From Octopus vulgaris (Eukaryota), in the NCBI GenBank assembly GCA_951406725.2, contig OX597830.1:53010001-53074000 (forward strand): DNA of 64,000 bases. Direction: 5' to 3'. Positions within the stretch are counted from its first letter, which is position 1; each line of letters starts with the position of its first letter. Positions 24,169-37,252 of this stretch are shown in pieces. Made by a program: the position numbers and the translations under genes. The notes beneath the pieces were generated by a model. That model was not told the DNA's origin, searched no databases, and saw only the letters and a list, made by a program, of their open reading frames with translations.

Positions 24169-24747
24169 TACACACACACACCTATCATTCAGGCAGTCAA
24201 CTATATCATTCATGCACACATGACTTACAATCCTAAATTACTATTTGTTCATTAGCCAATCATATGACAGAGTTTTCTAGAGCCATTGCCTTCATTTTCT
24301 GGCTGATGTGAAACAACAGTAGCTAATGGCAACATCTTGGGCACAACAATAATACCAACAACTTTTATTGTGCTGTGGAAAAACTTACTAACCTTAAACT
24401 TTAACTGAGATGCTAATGTCCTTTGTTGCTGGACAAATCTAATTGTGTGTGTGTGTTTCTTCAAACATACACACACACACACACATATTGATTTGATAGG
24501 AATCTATTGAATAGGTCAACGCAGCTCAATGAGAAGCATGTCACTTATGAATGGCTAGACAGTGTGACACAAATCAACTGACAATAGAATCCAGTTGACT
24601 GATGAAGAATACATCGATGAGGGAAAGTCCACAGGCGTTCAGTATGCTGCAGATCCAAGATTATCCAGTGTAATAGGAAACTTTAGGCATGGTGTTATAC
24701 AGGAATAAAACAGATGATTGGACTTCGTGGTATTCCTTTTACTTTAA

Positions 24748-25137
24748 AGGCAGCGAGCTGGTAGAAACGTTAGCACACCGGGCGAAATACGTAGCCATAT
24801 TTCGTCTGCCGTTACATTCTGAGTTCAAATTCCGCCAAGGTCGACAAATTATGTACCAGTTACACACTGGGATCGATATAATCGACTTAATCCATTTGTC
24901 TGTCCTTGTTTGTCCTCTCTGTGTTTAGCCCCTTGTGGGTAGTAAAGAAATAGGTATTTCATCTGCCGTTATGTTCTGAGTTCAAATTCTGCCGAGGTTG
25001 ACTTTGCTTTTCATCCTTTCTGGGTCGATTAAATAAGTACCAGTTACGCACTGGGGTCGATATAATCAACTTAATCCGTTTGTCTGTCCTTGTTTGTCCT
25101 CTCTGTGTTTAGTCCCTTGTGGGTAGTAAAGAAATAG
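24748..25137 (+). mobile_element. Tandem SINE copies (family A, Meta/MESC-like core)
   Basis: Head ggcagcgagctggtagaaacgttagc...gagttcaaattcc, core gc(c/t)tttcatcctttc.gggtcgat.aa.taagtaccag, tail ccccttgtgggtagtaaagaaata. The superfamily assignment is from recall. Confidence 0.8.
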
Positions 25138-25229
25138 TTATTGCTTGTAGTCATGTTTCAGTCATTTGACTGCAGCCATGCTGGACCACCGCCTTTGGTA
25201 TATCTACAAATGTTTCATTAACAGATGTT

Positions 25230-25570
25230 ATTGAGACGTAACATTATACCTGAAGGTTGTATTCATATCATACCTGATGACTGGTGTAGCAGCATTATAG
25301 TCAACTGTTACAGGAAAAAGAAGATACCTTAGAGAGGAGTAATTACAAAGGTATGAAACATTTGGACCAGATCATGAAAATTACAGAAAGAGTTAAAGCT
25401 TAACTAATTAGGAAGAGAATCAGCCGAGAAGGAAGCAGTTTGATTTTGTGTCATGGAGTACAACTGAGGCTCTTTTCATAACAGGGCAAATGCAGGAGGA
25501 GTATCAAGTCAAAAATAAAGTGCTGTACCTGGCATTTACTAACATAGTGAAAGCCTTTGACAGGGTCCCT
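25230..25570 (+). mobile_element. RTE-X-like LINE RT fragment
   Basis: IPDDWCSSIIVNCY.KK.D.LERSNYKG...MQEEYQVKNKVLYLAFTNIVKAFDRVP. Confidence 0.75.
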
Positions 25571-26085
25571 CACTCATTCATCGGATGGTCACAATAGCAC
25601 AATCCCTTAGGGTTAATGTCCAGCATACTGGAAGACCACAGAGAGTGAGACATCTCATTGCTTTTATTAAAGCATGTCTCCAGATCACTCTGATACAAAA
25701 CCAGATATGCAGGGAATGGGACTGAACATTTTGGGGGTCTTTTGCTTGCACTTGAGATCATGGTGCTCCCACATTCCTGAGCTTGTTATTTATGCTGGCA
25801 CTAGATATCTTGTTCTGGATCATGTCAGTATGGCGGAGAAGGTCTACGAGGTGTTGTGCAAGCTTTATTGCACCTAAGATTTTAGATTGTGCAATCACCA
25901 GTGAGATGCCTATCCAATGCCCGGTCAAATAAGAGGGCGCTGCTGTGAGCATGAATCTGAGTGAAGCCAACTGCTGGTGCAATAACTTCATACACAGGCA
26001 TTGTTGGCATTTTGTGTGGGCAATGGTCAGTGATAGTCTTCCTTGGTCATAAATGAATGGCCATCATATATATATAAATAAAATA

Positions 26086-26281
26086 GGCGGCGAGCTGGCA
26101 GAAACGTTAGCACGCCAGGCGAAATGCGTAGCCGTATTTCATCTATCGTTACGTTCCGAGTTCAAATTTGCCTTTCATCCTTTCGGGGTTGATAAATTAA
26201 GTACCAGTTACGCACTGGGGTCGATGTAATCGACTTAATCCGTTTGTCCCCTCTGTGTTTAGCTCCTTGTGGGTAGTAAAG
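26086..26281 (+). mobile_element. SINE family A
   Basis: ggcggcgagctggcagaaacgttagcacgcc head plus core and tail. Confidence 0.85.
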
Positions 26282-27944
26282 ATATATATATATATATATA
26301 TATATGGGTAAGACAGATAGAGGCAGCACATAGCTTAGTTGTTAGGGTGTTGGACTCATGATAGTAAAATTGTGGTTTCAATTCCTGAACTGGGTGATAT
26401 GTTGTGTTCTTGAACAAAACACTTCATTTCACATTGCTCCAGTCTACTCAGCTGGCAAAAATGAGTAATCCTTTGATGGACCGGTGTCCTGTCCAGGTGG
26501 AGAATACATATGCTGTGAAAATTGGCCCTATGAGTCTATGACTCGGGAAAGAACTTTATTTTTTTTAAGACAGACATATCATTGAAGCATTGTTTTCCAG
26601 ATAGATGCCCTTCCATTGTGCATACATACATCTCCTTCTATGTATGCATCTATCATCATCAACAGCATCCTTTTACATTCACTTACCGTATTGACATGTG
26701 TCAGACTGGTTGTCATGGTTACAGTCTATGTGTATACAAAGGTCCTACTCACCTGGCTGGTTTGGGTAACTTCATCTTGTTCTCATATCAGCCTTGGCTT
26801 GGTTTCTATGGCTGGGTGCCCTTCCTAATAACAACAGTGTAATAGACAGCAACACTAGAAAAATAGTCATATTCTTGACCAGACTAAAGTGCTTTCACAA
26901 TATGTTTTACAGAGTATCTTGGGTGTGTTTTATGTGACAACCAGTGCTACAGAGGTAGCCACGTCCTTGATGCAGCTAAAGGGACATCATGATGTGACCG
27001 TATGATTAAGAAGTTTGCTTCCCAACCACATGGTTTCAAGTTCAATGACACTGCATGACACCTTCTACTACAGCACCAGGTTGACCAAAATTCATGAAAG
27101 TGGATTTGGTAGATGAAACCTGAAATATATGTGTGTGTGTGAGTATGAGTATGTTTGTGCCACTTTGTCTTGACATTGTGTGATTTCCCTAAAATGAGTT
27201 CGTCCAACTGGTGTTGGATTTGTGCAGGTTGATGCAAGAAATTTCACCTGTCTGAAATCTTATTTATTTAAAATTTTACCTGATAATGGTGGATTATGTT
27301 ATATATGCATGAATAAAACTCTATGAAAACAGCTTTTGTAAATTTTAAACACCATTTGTTTTTACTTTATGGAAGGCAGACGTTAAACAATGATGATGAT
27401 GATATATATAAATAAATATATATATATGTATACACACACACACATATAGCATCACATAATGTGGAGCACAACTGAAAATCTCTAATACCTCATAAACTAC
27501 TTTACCAATTTACGCGAAACTTGTTTCATTCCATTCGTATTGACATTTCAGGGTAAAATAAATTTACGGTATTTTCCCATTATGCGCCAGTTTTGGTGAG
27601 TAACATTGCAAGCAAGCAAGCAAGATTGAAACTGACTTTTAATGCATTATAAATAAAGCCCGTTTACCTTCATTAAATTATGCCTCAGGAGAAAAAACAG
27701 AGTACTTTTTGGTTATCTCACCCCCATTAAAAAACTCACCCCACTAAAACATTTAGTTTATGTAACAAGAAATTGGATTAAAAGAGTAAGATCCTTTTGA
27801 TTCAACACTTCAACACATTGTTGACCTTTGGCCTCCTCAAAAGGCATCATATGATTTGTTATAAAAATGTTATCAGATTCAATAAGATATTTAATTTTTT
27901 CAGTTTTTTATGATTGGTTATAAAAATATTCTTTTTTACACTTG

Positions 27945-28142
27945 GCACAAGGCCCGAAATTTTGGGTGAGAGGGGGGTCGGTCAATTAGATCAACCCCAG
28001 TGTGCAACTGGTACTTAATTTATCGACTCCAAAAGGATGAAAGGCAAAGTTGACCTTGATAGAATTTGAACCCAGAATGTGAAGAGACGAAATACTGCTA
28101 AGCATTTCACTCGGTATGCCAACAGTTCTGTCAGCTCGCCTT
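27945..28142 (-). mobile_element. SINE family A (variant tail)
   Basis: Reverse complement of the family A head and core. Confidence 0.75.
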
Positions 28143-28312
28143 TGATGTTGGAAGATGTTAATGACTGTTTTTCTTAGAGATTATTTAAAACAACAGTGTT
28201 ACCAGTCATATGGATAACAATGGAAGTATACTTTTACTACCATGGATAATTTCAGGATACAATATATATTAAATGATAATTTAATTTTTATCAAATTTCT
28301 TGGTGCTTATAA

Positions 28313-28654
28313 AGGGTAAAGACCCCCTTCGGTCATGAATGACCATGGGATTGCACCTAGAAAGTTACCGTCCTAGACACAAGTCCGGGCAAGGTTGTTT
28401 ATGGAAGACCAGCAGTCGCCCATGCATACCAGCCTCCCCTCTCTACACCACCAGTGTTATCCAAGGGAAAGACAAAGGTCGATACAGCTTGGCACCAGTG
28501 ACGTCGCAACTCATTTCTACAGCTGAGTGAACTGGAGCAACGTGAAATAAAGTGTCTTGCTCAAGAACACAACACGCAGCCCGGTCCGGGATTCGAGCTC
28601 ACAACCTCACGATCGTAAGCTCGACGCTCTAACCACTGAGCCATGCGCCTTCAC
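28313..28654 (-). mobile_element. tRNA-derived SINE (family C), well conserved
   Basis: The minus strand starts gtgaaggcgcatggctcagtggttagagcgtcg...gctcgaatcccgg, with CpGs retained. Confidence 0.85.
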
Positions 28655-29534
28655 AGAAGGTACTTATACAGAATAATGAAATGAATACTAAATTTTAGCA
28701 TTCTGTATAAGCACCAATAAATCCAATAAAAGTTAAATTATAATTATTATACGTATGTCATATTTCAGTAGAAAACCTGCCTCAACGAACCCTGTTTGAC
28801 AGATGCCACATTGGGAAAATGGAGTTAAAATGATGATTAGATATGTCTGTATGTGTTAACTTTCTGCATGCCTTTACATGATACTATTGAAGCAAAAGAG
28901 TGACGTGAGATACCTTTAAACAACATGTCTTGTAGCCTCATGGTTTTGAGTGGCAAAGACCAATGGCATAAAAATCTCTTACTTGAAAAACAGGGGTAAA
29001 GATTGGCAACAGAAAGGACATAGATCTATGAAATACTGCCTCAGTCATTGTCCAACTTTTGCTGGCAGGGGAAGAAAAAGAGTCCACCCCCAACCAACAT
29101 GAAAACAAAAAGTAATTTATGCAAGGATGTATAAGACAGCATCATAAAGACTGCTCTTGCTTGCTTCTCAAGGGCACAGAACACTTAAAACTCTCAACAA
29201 ATACTTTGTACAAAGCATAAAAGGGACCAACAATGAAATTCTGCTCCAACATCTGGAATGAAGTTGCTACTTCACATACACAAACATCTGCACCCTTGCT
29301 AAAAGACCCTTCCAATCCACCACTTGTCAGCTACATTGTACTTTCACCTTATTGCCAGCTGCCACACCAGGCTCTTCATTCCCTCTCCAAAAAAGTCAGC
29401 TCTCTAAAATCACACTCCCTATTCCCTGCATCTAATCATGAAGGACACCATCTATGTCGATGTTGATCTCACTTGTTTCAAAGGGCCTGAGAAAGCCATG
29501 AAGGGGCTCTCTTCCACCAGACCAAAAATATTAA

Positions 29535-29722
29535 CACTTTTGATACCAACTCCAGCTTCTACGATACAAACTTCATGTTTTTAAATAATTTAAATTGAAA
29601 CCTACTGTAAAAATTTCATGTTAATTTATATTCCAAACACCAAACAAATTGTTACACTAAATTCTTCACAGTTTCCAAAATTAACTGAAAAATAGCCAGT
29701 GTATTTCAACAGAAAAGGGTTA
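29535..29722. mobile_element. piggyBac-type MITE
   Basis: ttaa-cactttt...aaaaggg-ttaa, related to 6360-6540. Confidence 0.5.
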
Positions 29723-29780
29723 AAAAAACAATAAAACCTCATTATGATAGAAATACAAAAGAATTAAAAATGCTTAGAAT

Positions 29781-29786
29781 TTTATT
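29781..29786 (-). terminator. Candidate polyadenylation signal AATAAA of POLR2C
   Basis: tttatt on the plus strand, 80 nt past the stop codon. Confidence 0.55.
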
Positions 29787-29865
29787 AAGACTGAATTTTT
29801 TTTTTTATCTGAAATGATGAATGAAATGAAGAAAAAAAAACCTGATAAAATCTAAGAGATGATGT

Positions 29866-30044
29866 TCAAATTCGCAGGGCATCTCCCTGCATTTCTTGAC
29901 TGAGTTGCGTCTGTAAATCACTCAATTTCTTCTTTAGGACTGCAATGGCTGAAAAAACAATATTTTCTGGCCGCAATGAAGCACATGATTCCACATTGTA
30001 GTAGAATTTGTTTGGTCTTCCAGAAGGGTCAAACGGGGCTTGGG
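29866..30044 (-). CDS. POLR2C: RNA polymerase II subunit RPB3, exon 8 (last)
   Basis: Acceptor tttcAG, then (P)[58 protein letters not shown]. The eight exons total 825 nt (274 aa plus stop). Confidence 0.96.
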
Positions 30045-30890
30045 CTGAAAAGAGAATGAGATGAAATGTTTTAGAATTGAAACATACACACAAAGACACA
30101 TGCTTACATATCAGATAACGAGATCTTGATGCAGGCCATTGACTTATTGGCTCCTGTTGAAGTGCCCAATGCATACCAGCATGGAAGAAGCAAGTCACAC
30201 TCACACATAGGTAGATAGACAGACAAATAACTAGATAACAGATAACTAGATCTAGACTGCTAATATATGTAACACTGCTATGTGAAACACTACCAACAAT
30301 AGTGTGACAAATGCATCTTTTATTTTAAAAGTGAAACACCAACACTTGAACAAGATTTTACCAACAATGGTGCAATGAATGCATCTTCTTTTCAACAACT
30401 ATTAAAAGTACCAGAGGTCAACTGATCAGCTAATTTGATCTCAGTTGATCACTTTAAACACTGTTAAAATAATTTTAACAAATGAAAAACAACTGACATG
30501 CTGAAGGATTTAAAAAAACACAGCAAAACCATTTGGTGCATTCGTTGACAGTATGACTTTATACTGAATACAAATCATTTACATAAGATCAAGTTTGTTG
30601 TCATTGCTATGTCTGTGAAGAGAAAGGAAGTATCAGAGACGACCAAACATTGATAAGAAGGTCTTATAGCGCCAGGATTGTGAAATAGTGACATCAATGA
30701 TAGCACAACATTGCAAAACTCATACCTCAAATATCTTTTTTAAATCCTTTTAAACATATGATGATGATGATTATATTTAGTATAGCTTCCATTGTTTACA
30801 GCAATCAGATAAGTTATTTGAATAAAATACTCAATTCCTGCCCAAATCAGATAATTGAGGTCTAATGGAAGGGGGGAGTGTATAACTTAC

Positions 30891-30931
30891 GGGGATCATC
30901 AGGCTCAAGCTCACTGTATTCACTTCGAGGC
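30891..30931 (-). CDS. POLR2C: RPB3 exon 7 (41 nt)
   Basis: tttcAG|G PRSEYSELEPDDP C|GTAAGT. The phases fit both neighbouring exons. Confidence 0.92.
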
Positions 30932-31209
30932 CTGAAAGAAAATAGAAAGAGAATAAATATAAAACCATTAAAAAGACAAACAATAGAATAATTTTATTCA
31001 TATAGAAATAGACAGGGCAGTAAATAGAGTATACCATGGCATTGTCAAACTTTATACGTTATGTTGTTCAATTAACTGAGAGGAATAGAAAAATCTTCTA
31101 GCGGAATGTTGTACTGATCTATTACCTTAAACACGCCTGATCAATGATTTGGTAGTCCAGTAACTTACATACACCCTGCTCTCAAAGGATCTTTGTCTTG
31201 TGAGTTATT

Positions 31210-31475
31210 TGGTGACCCCCACAGCGCTGGTGCAATGTAAAAAGCATCCAGTCCACAGTGGTTGGCGTTTGGAAGGGTATCCAGATGTAAAAACCATGCC
31301 AAAACAGGCCTCACCAGTGCTGGTGCCATGTAAAAAGCTCTCGGTCCACTCAGTAAGGTGGTTGCAATTATGAAGGGCATTAAGCCATAAAATACCATGC
31401 CAAAACAGACTGTGAAGCCTGGTGCAGTCTTCTGGTTTACCAGCACCTGTCAAACCGTCGAACTCATGCCAACAT
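31210..31475 (+). mobile_element. RTE-type 3' tail repeat (family B variant)
   Basis: Repeated gtggttggcgtt.ggaagggcatcc...aaaccatgccaaaacag units. Confidence 0.65.
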
Positions 31476-31851
31476 GCTGCCTAAACATCTAAACATCGAG
31501 ACAATATTTCATCGCGATTGCTATTGTTGTTTAACGAAGGTCAGTTCCAACTGAATAGAACAATGATCAAAAATATTCCAGGGAGGGGGAGATATGAATA
31601 AAATGGTTTCGAATGGTGCTGAAAAATTTAAGAAGAGATAAAGAGTAGCGAAGTATAAAGAGAAAGAGTTGAAGTATTTTGAGGGTGGAGTGGAAGTGTG
31701 TGTGTGTGTGGGGGGGCTAAGCACAAGGTGAAACACACACCTGTTGGTTGGTAGACATTAATTAAAGTGGGAAGATAATCCACTGTGAAGATGGCAAAAA
31801 ATTTAAAAATCAAGGGAGACAAGTGAAGATCAGGAATACGTTAGTCTAACG

Positions 31852-32143
31852 CAATGGTTCTCAACTGTGGCCCATATAAGATTTTGGGGGGACCACGCTA
31901 GCAAAATAGTAAATTGGGGATCCACAGTAGTATTTTAGGGGTCCATGCTAAATTCTGATTTAAATCTATGTAATTTAAGAAAACAGCTAAGTTTGTACAT
32001 AGTTCAACTTGCACGTGTGAAGGTGTGATAAGTAAAAAGAACTTTGAAGGAATTCATTTTTAAACATCAAATGGCCATGGGAGTCCAACAGAATAAAACA
32101 GTAAACCAAGGGGTCCATAGATAAAAATGGTTGAGAACCTCTG
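31852..32143. mobile_element. hAT-type MITE
   Basis: TIRs caatggttctcaac and gttgagaacctctg, with a TSD of about 8 bp (gtctaacg/gtctaata). Confidence 0.75.
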
Positions 32144-32557
32144 GTCTAATACTTTACTCTCTCAACTACGCTTATTTGAGCGTGATCGTTACCAACGTCA
32201 GTTTACTGTCACCTGTGCTGGTGGCATGTGTACAAAAATTCGAGTGAGGTCGTTGCCAGTACCGCCTGACTGGCCCCCGTGTTAGTGGCACGTAAAAAGC
32301 ACCCACTACACTCTCATTTACACGACTCTGAATATTCTCATATTCATAGTCTGTGATTAAAGTCCATTTCTTATGGTTTTGCAATCTCAGGACATGGACA
32401 GAAGACTTTCTTCTGGTTAGAATCACTAAACTATTCAGCAGATGACATTCCCCTGAAAGCCTAACATTCATATGTGAACCAGGCTAACTGGAGCATGTAG
32501 AATCAAATGTCTTGCCCTAGAGATGGTTGATAGTTATTTTAGTTCTTGAAAACTTAC

Positions 32558-32726
32558 CATTCTTCAGGTTTGGGAAGCAGAGTGTGGCGTAAAGCATTGT
32601 CTGGATCATATTCAAAGGCGACTCCACAAGTTGGATTCCATTTTGCATGCTCCTTGGCAAAACCTTTACGAGCGAAAGCCCGTAGCTTCAGTTCTTGTCC
32701 TTTACGAAGTTTTACAATAAGAATAT
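32558..32726 (-). CDS. POLR2C: RPB3 exon 6 (169 nt)
   Basis: (D)[56 protein letters not shown], with AG and GTAAG boundaries. Confidence 0.97.
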
Positions 32727-33271
32727 CTGCAAGATAAAGAGAATTTTACATAAGATCAGAGATGAAGACAAACCATTGACATTCATTTACAAAAATCATG
32801 AAATATAAAAACTTGGAGACAAAACACACACACTCACATACACCAAGCTTCTTTCAGTTTCCATCTCACAAGGCTCTGGTTGGTCAAGGGCTACTTGCCC
32901 AAAGTGTAACAGAGAGGGGCTAAACCCCAAACCATGAGGTTGGGAAGAAAGCTTTTTAATCACACAGCCATACCTGCACCTACATCAATAAAATAAAGTT
33001 CTTGTGCAAAAGTAAAAAATCATTAAGGGAAAATATTGTTGTCTAGCCCCAGGTCAGCTGTGATGGAGAAGACGAAGATCAAAATCTTTCCGGCCACAAT
33101 CATCTTGTCTTTCTGTTTTCAAATATAGTGTAACTCCCATTTTTAAGACAGGAGAGTGTAGTCTAAGGGAAGTTCAGCTGCTATTTCCAACAGACCCAGT
33201 AACTAAGTAGGAGCTCCCTTGTTGTGAGAAAAACTAGATTAAATTATTATTATTATTTCAAGATGGCTTAC

Positions 33272-33320
33272 CATCTGTCTCCTCATATTCACTTGCTTCT
33301 TCACGATGTCTGGAAGTTAC
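33272..33320 (-). CDS. POLR2C: RPB3 exon 5 (49 nt)
   Basis: ttccAG|VTSRHREEASEYEETD G|GTAAG. Confidence 0.93.
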
Positions 33321-33399
33321 CTGGAATAAAAATTATAACAATAATTTCTTTATCATTACCATCAGGGCCATTTTTTATGCACATAACAAAACCAAGATA

Positions 33400-34290
33400 C
33401 GAGATGCATTCAAAAAGTATCTGACTTTATTTTCTTTCCTGCCAAAACCAATGCTACATGAGCAAACTCCTTCGGGTGGGCGGTGGTGCCACTCTTCCTA
33501 CACATGTGTGAAAATTTTTGTGCCACTAGGCCATATCAATTTCCATCTGTTACACCCAGAGTACAGACATGTAGTGTGTGCTCGTCAGATTCCCATTTTC
33601 AGGCAAGATGACCACCGAAAGCATTGAGCAAAGATCATAAACCCATGTCTTATCACCAGTAATGATTGCCTTCATGGAGTCCTGGGTCACAGCTTACACA
33701 ATCCATCATGTCCTGAGCAATTTCCATGCAGAGTTGCTTCTGTTGCACCATCAGCACTTTGGGGATAAATTTCACCGACACTCTATGTATGCACAAATCT
33801 TCCATTAAGATGGAATGCACTGATCCTGTGCTTATTCCCACTTCGTAAGCAATTCCCTGATTTGTTACACGAGTGCCTTTCATGAGTATTTGCCAAACCT
33901 TCTCAATCGGCTCCTCATTTCAGCTTGTGGATGGCCTGCCTAGCGTGCCTTGCTTTTCACTGAAATGCAACCATGATTGAAGTAATTGCACCACTCCTTG
34001 ATCTGGGTTTTGCCCATGGCATCATTGTTGAAGGCTTGCTGAATCTTCTGGATGGTTTGAGCTTGAGTATCACCAAGCTTTAGCAAAATCTGATGCAATA
34101 TCTCTGCTTGATGCATTTGGTGAAAGTGAAAATCCAACAAGTGTGCAGATGTCTGTACTCTAGGCAAAAGAGCCAGGGACTAATGTGGCCTACCAGCATG
34201 AAAATTTTCAGGTATGTACAGGAAGGGTGGCATCACATCCCACCCAAAGTAGTTCTGGCAATGAAAAAATACAGTTGGTCACCTTTTGAG
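33400..34290 (-). mobile_element. mariner element built from two inverted 5' ends, with an N-terminal transposase remnant
   Basis: TA followed by cgagatgcattcaaaaagtatc TIR. Minus-strand ORFs read LKLGDTQAQTIQKIQQAFNNDAMGKTQIKEW and IAYEVGISTGSVHSILMEDL...VSVKFIPKVL (mariner HTH and WVPHEL-equivalent region). Confidence 0.85.
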
Positions 34291-34359
34291 GAGTTACAAA
34301 AACATTATGGCAATAGACAAAGTAATATATGGAAACAAATAAAAGGATAAAGACTGATA

Positions 34360-35220
34360 TCATCATCATCATCATCATTTAGCATCCGCTTTCCACGCTA
34401 GGATGGGTTGGACGGTTCAACTGGGGTCTGCGAAGCCAGAAGGCTGCATCAGGCCCAGTCTGATCTGGCAGTGTTTCTACGGCTGGATGCCCTTCCTAAC
34501 GCCAACCACTCCGTGAGTGTAGTGGGTGCTTTTTACGTGCCACCCGCACAGGTGCCAGACGGAGCTGGCAGACGGGCACGGACGGATGGTGCTTTTTACG
34601 TGCCACTGGCACGGGGGCCAGGCGAGGCTGGCAACGGCCACGATCGGATGGTGCTTTTTACGTGCCATAGGCACGGAGGCCAGTCGGGGCAGCGCTGGCA
34701 ACGGCCACAATCGGATGGTTCGCTTACTTGTCACCGGCACTGGTATCACAGCTGCAGTTTCCATTGATGTTGATCGGCTTCGATTTTGGTTCTGCTTTCT
34801 GATATCTGATTTGATTTGGTTTGATTTTGATTTTGATTTTCACTTGCCTCAACGGGTCTTCACAAGTGGAGTTTTGTGTCTCAAGAAGGAAAGGTATGTA
34901 TAAGTCGACTGGCTACATACCAGGTAGAGGCCACAGGTTATGGTCTCACTAGTCTTGCCGGGTCTTCTCACGCACAGCATACTTCCATAGGTCTCGGTCT
35001 CCAGTCATTTCCTTAGTGAGACCTAAAGTTCGAAGGTCGTGCTTCACCACCTCGTCCCAGGTTTTCCTGGGTCTACCTCTTCCACAGGTTCCCTCAACTG
35101 CTAGGGTGTGGCACTTTTGCACACAACTATCTTCAGCCATTCTCATCACATGACCATACCAGCGCAAACGTCTCTCTTGCACACCACAACTGATGCTTCT
35201 TAGGTCCAACTTTTCTCTGA
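34360..35220 (-). mobile_element. 3' end of an RTE-X-like LINE (ORF2 C-terminus, 3' UTR with tandem units, (ATG)n tail)
   Basis: ORF 34949..35209 (ERRLRWYGHVMRM...GRGRPRKTWDEVVKHDL) is contiguous with the family B tail ending in (cat)n at 34360. Confidence 0.9.
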
Positions 35221-35589
35221 GAATATGTATGTGTCTGTTTGCATGTTTGCATCACTAAAACTCGAGAACTACCCAACGGATTTCATTCAAATCTTACACA
35301 CACACACATATATATACACACACATATACATACATGTCTATATATATATAGGTATGGTTGTGTACTTAAGATGTCCCTTTCCCAACTATGATGGTTTAGA
35401 TTCAGTCCTACTGCATAGAAACACAAAGAAAATGTTGTTGCCATTTTTATATTTCCAGCAAAGTCCCATAAGTCTTCACTTTTAAAGCAGTGAAATATAA
35501 ACTCTTCTACATATGAAAGAGAAAAGGTTGAAGGCAAGTGGAGCACCTGGATGTAAAAATACTTGTCCAACCTATGTCAACTAAGCAAT

Positions 35590-36165
35590 AATAATAATAA
35601 TAAATGCCCTGATGCAATACCAAGCAGTGGCTCTCATGGCTTCTGATCTTAACTGATTGGCAGTGTTATCATGTTCATTGTTTTGTCTTGGTATAAAAGA
35701 TGGGCTACAGCAAATATTCTGCTCAATACCACAGATTTGCTTGCCAGTTGTTTGACCTTAACCAGTTGAGCATGTCCCTTAGTGGCTGACGATATGTGCA
35801 TCTCTGATCATGAGCAGAAGTAGTGGGGGAGCATCATAGCCGTGTGTTGAGAGGGATTCTTTGGGGTTTGAATAATTCACCTCTGGAAACATGGGTGGTT
35901 CTTTCAACATCCTTAAACAACCCTTATTCAGGGACCTTTTGAGCAGGATGGGCTACTCAACCTGAAAAAAATTCTAACTGGGTCCCACCTGCAAGGTCAT
36001 GTGCTGTTTATCTTGATATGAGATCACCATGTCGCGCACATATGGTTGTGATGCATGTGCCTGGTGTACCCTTATCAGACGGGTAGTCATGATGGGTATA
36101 CTGGGCTTCGTATATTTTACCCCAATGTCACTTTGATGGCATGCACTGCTCTCTCACTCAATAAT
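35590..36165. repeat. Dispersed retroposon-like repeat bounded by (AAT)n
   Basis: An internal segment (about 35710-35880) recurs in reverse at about 10645-10780. Confidence 0.6.
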
Positions 36166-36315
36166 AACAATAATAGTAAAAAGGAGATCAAAAATTGCTG
36201 TGCATGTTGAAACCCAGTTGTGGAATGTCAAGGTAGAAGAAAGAAAGTCGGAAATAAAAACTAATGAACAAATGACTACAGAGATATTGTAAATAGGCAG
36301 AACTACTTGTTCATT

Positions 36316-36570
36316 TTGTTTTTGGATTTGGTTTGCAAAATTCTTTATATGAGTTCGTGTGTTGAAGCATATTCTGTTATGTCTGGGGAGAGTCATTTTC
36401 TTTTTGTGCCTTATAATATAACACACTCACCAGTAAAATTTTCACTCTTTTCTTATTTGTATTTTCCTAAAATTTTCATTGCATCTTGCAACCTTTTCAA
36501 TAGTTTTTCAAAAAACTATTGAAAAGGTTGCAAGATGCAATGAAAATGACTCTCCCCAGACACAACAGAA
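36316..36570 (-). mobile_element. Retroposon fragment with a fold-back end and 12-bp TSD
   Basis: TSD tacttgttcatt at 36304-36315 and 36571-36582. The body matches 10785-10920. Confidence 0.75.
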
Positions 36571-36918
36571 TACTTGTTCATTATTTTAGTGATTGTGGTT
36601 GAGTCATTTGTACTTGATGTAAAACCGTGTATGACCAAGCTGGTTCCTTGAAGAAACCCATACTATGCACTCTAAAGTTTTCTCATCTTAGGAGCTGTCC
36701 TTTCAATTTCATTTGCAAAGCTTAGAGAGAGACCTGAGGGTACAGTAGAAGACACTTGTGAAAAATGTTACACAGTAGGATTGAACTCAGCTATTCATGA
36801 TTGTCAATCAAACCTCTTAAACCATTCACCCATCAGAGCAGACCACGTGCGCAGACAATCATACACAATACATACGTGATCCATTGTATGAAACCAAAGT
36901 CAAGTTTAAGACATTATA

Positions 36919-37059
36919 TAAGGTTGTCCCAAAAGTTCGTAGAAAGTCTTGGAAAATAATGGTCTTTATTTTGAGGAATAATTTTTGTTGTTTTTGTTAG
37001 TACTTGGCGAGTAAAAATTCAATTTTCGCAAGTGTTTACGAACTTTTGGGACAACCTAA
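36919..37059. mobile_element. Tc1/mariner-type MITE
   Basis: TIRs aggttgtcccaaaagttcgta and tacgaacttttgggacaacct, flanked by TA. Confidence 0.85.
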
Positions 37060-37123
37060 TAATATATGAGAGGTGTCGTTAATAGTTAAGTTGTGATAAT
37101 GAACAGAAAAGGGCAATACTGAC

Positions 37124-37252
37124 CGGTACAACTTTGGGGTTCTTACTTATCAGATCTGCTGTGGTCACGTGCCTTGTCTGGTCATCAAGACATTTAACGT
37201 CCAGAGAAAACTCTACAGCACATTCACTGCAGAAGTCCTCACATGCACAATC
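37124..37252 (-). CDS. POLR2C: RPB3 exon 4 (129 nt, zinc-binding loop)
   Basis: [43 protein letters not shown], with ctcAG and GTCAGT boundaries. Confidence 0.97.

Noticed and set aside
25570-26060. ORFs 25570..25991 on the minus strand
   Set aside because: No identifiable motif, interrupted by stops, and embedded among repeats.
34520-34740. Regularly spaced ggtgctttttacgtgcca units resembling a CRISPR array (also 53880-54030 and 57915-58260)
   Set aside because: The DNA is eukaryotic, the spacers resemble one another, and there are no cas genes. These are tandem units of a LINE 3' UTR or a minisatellite.
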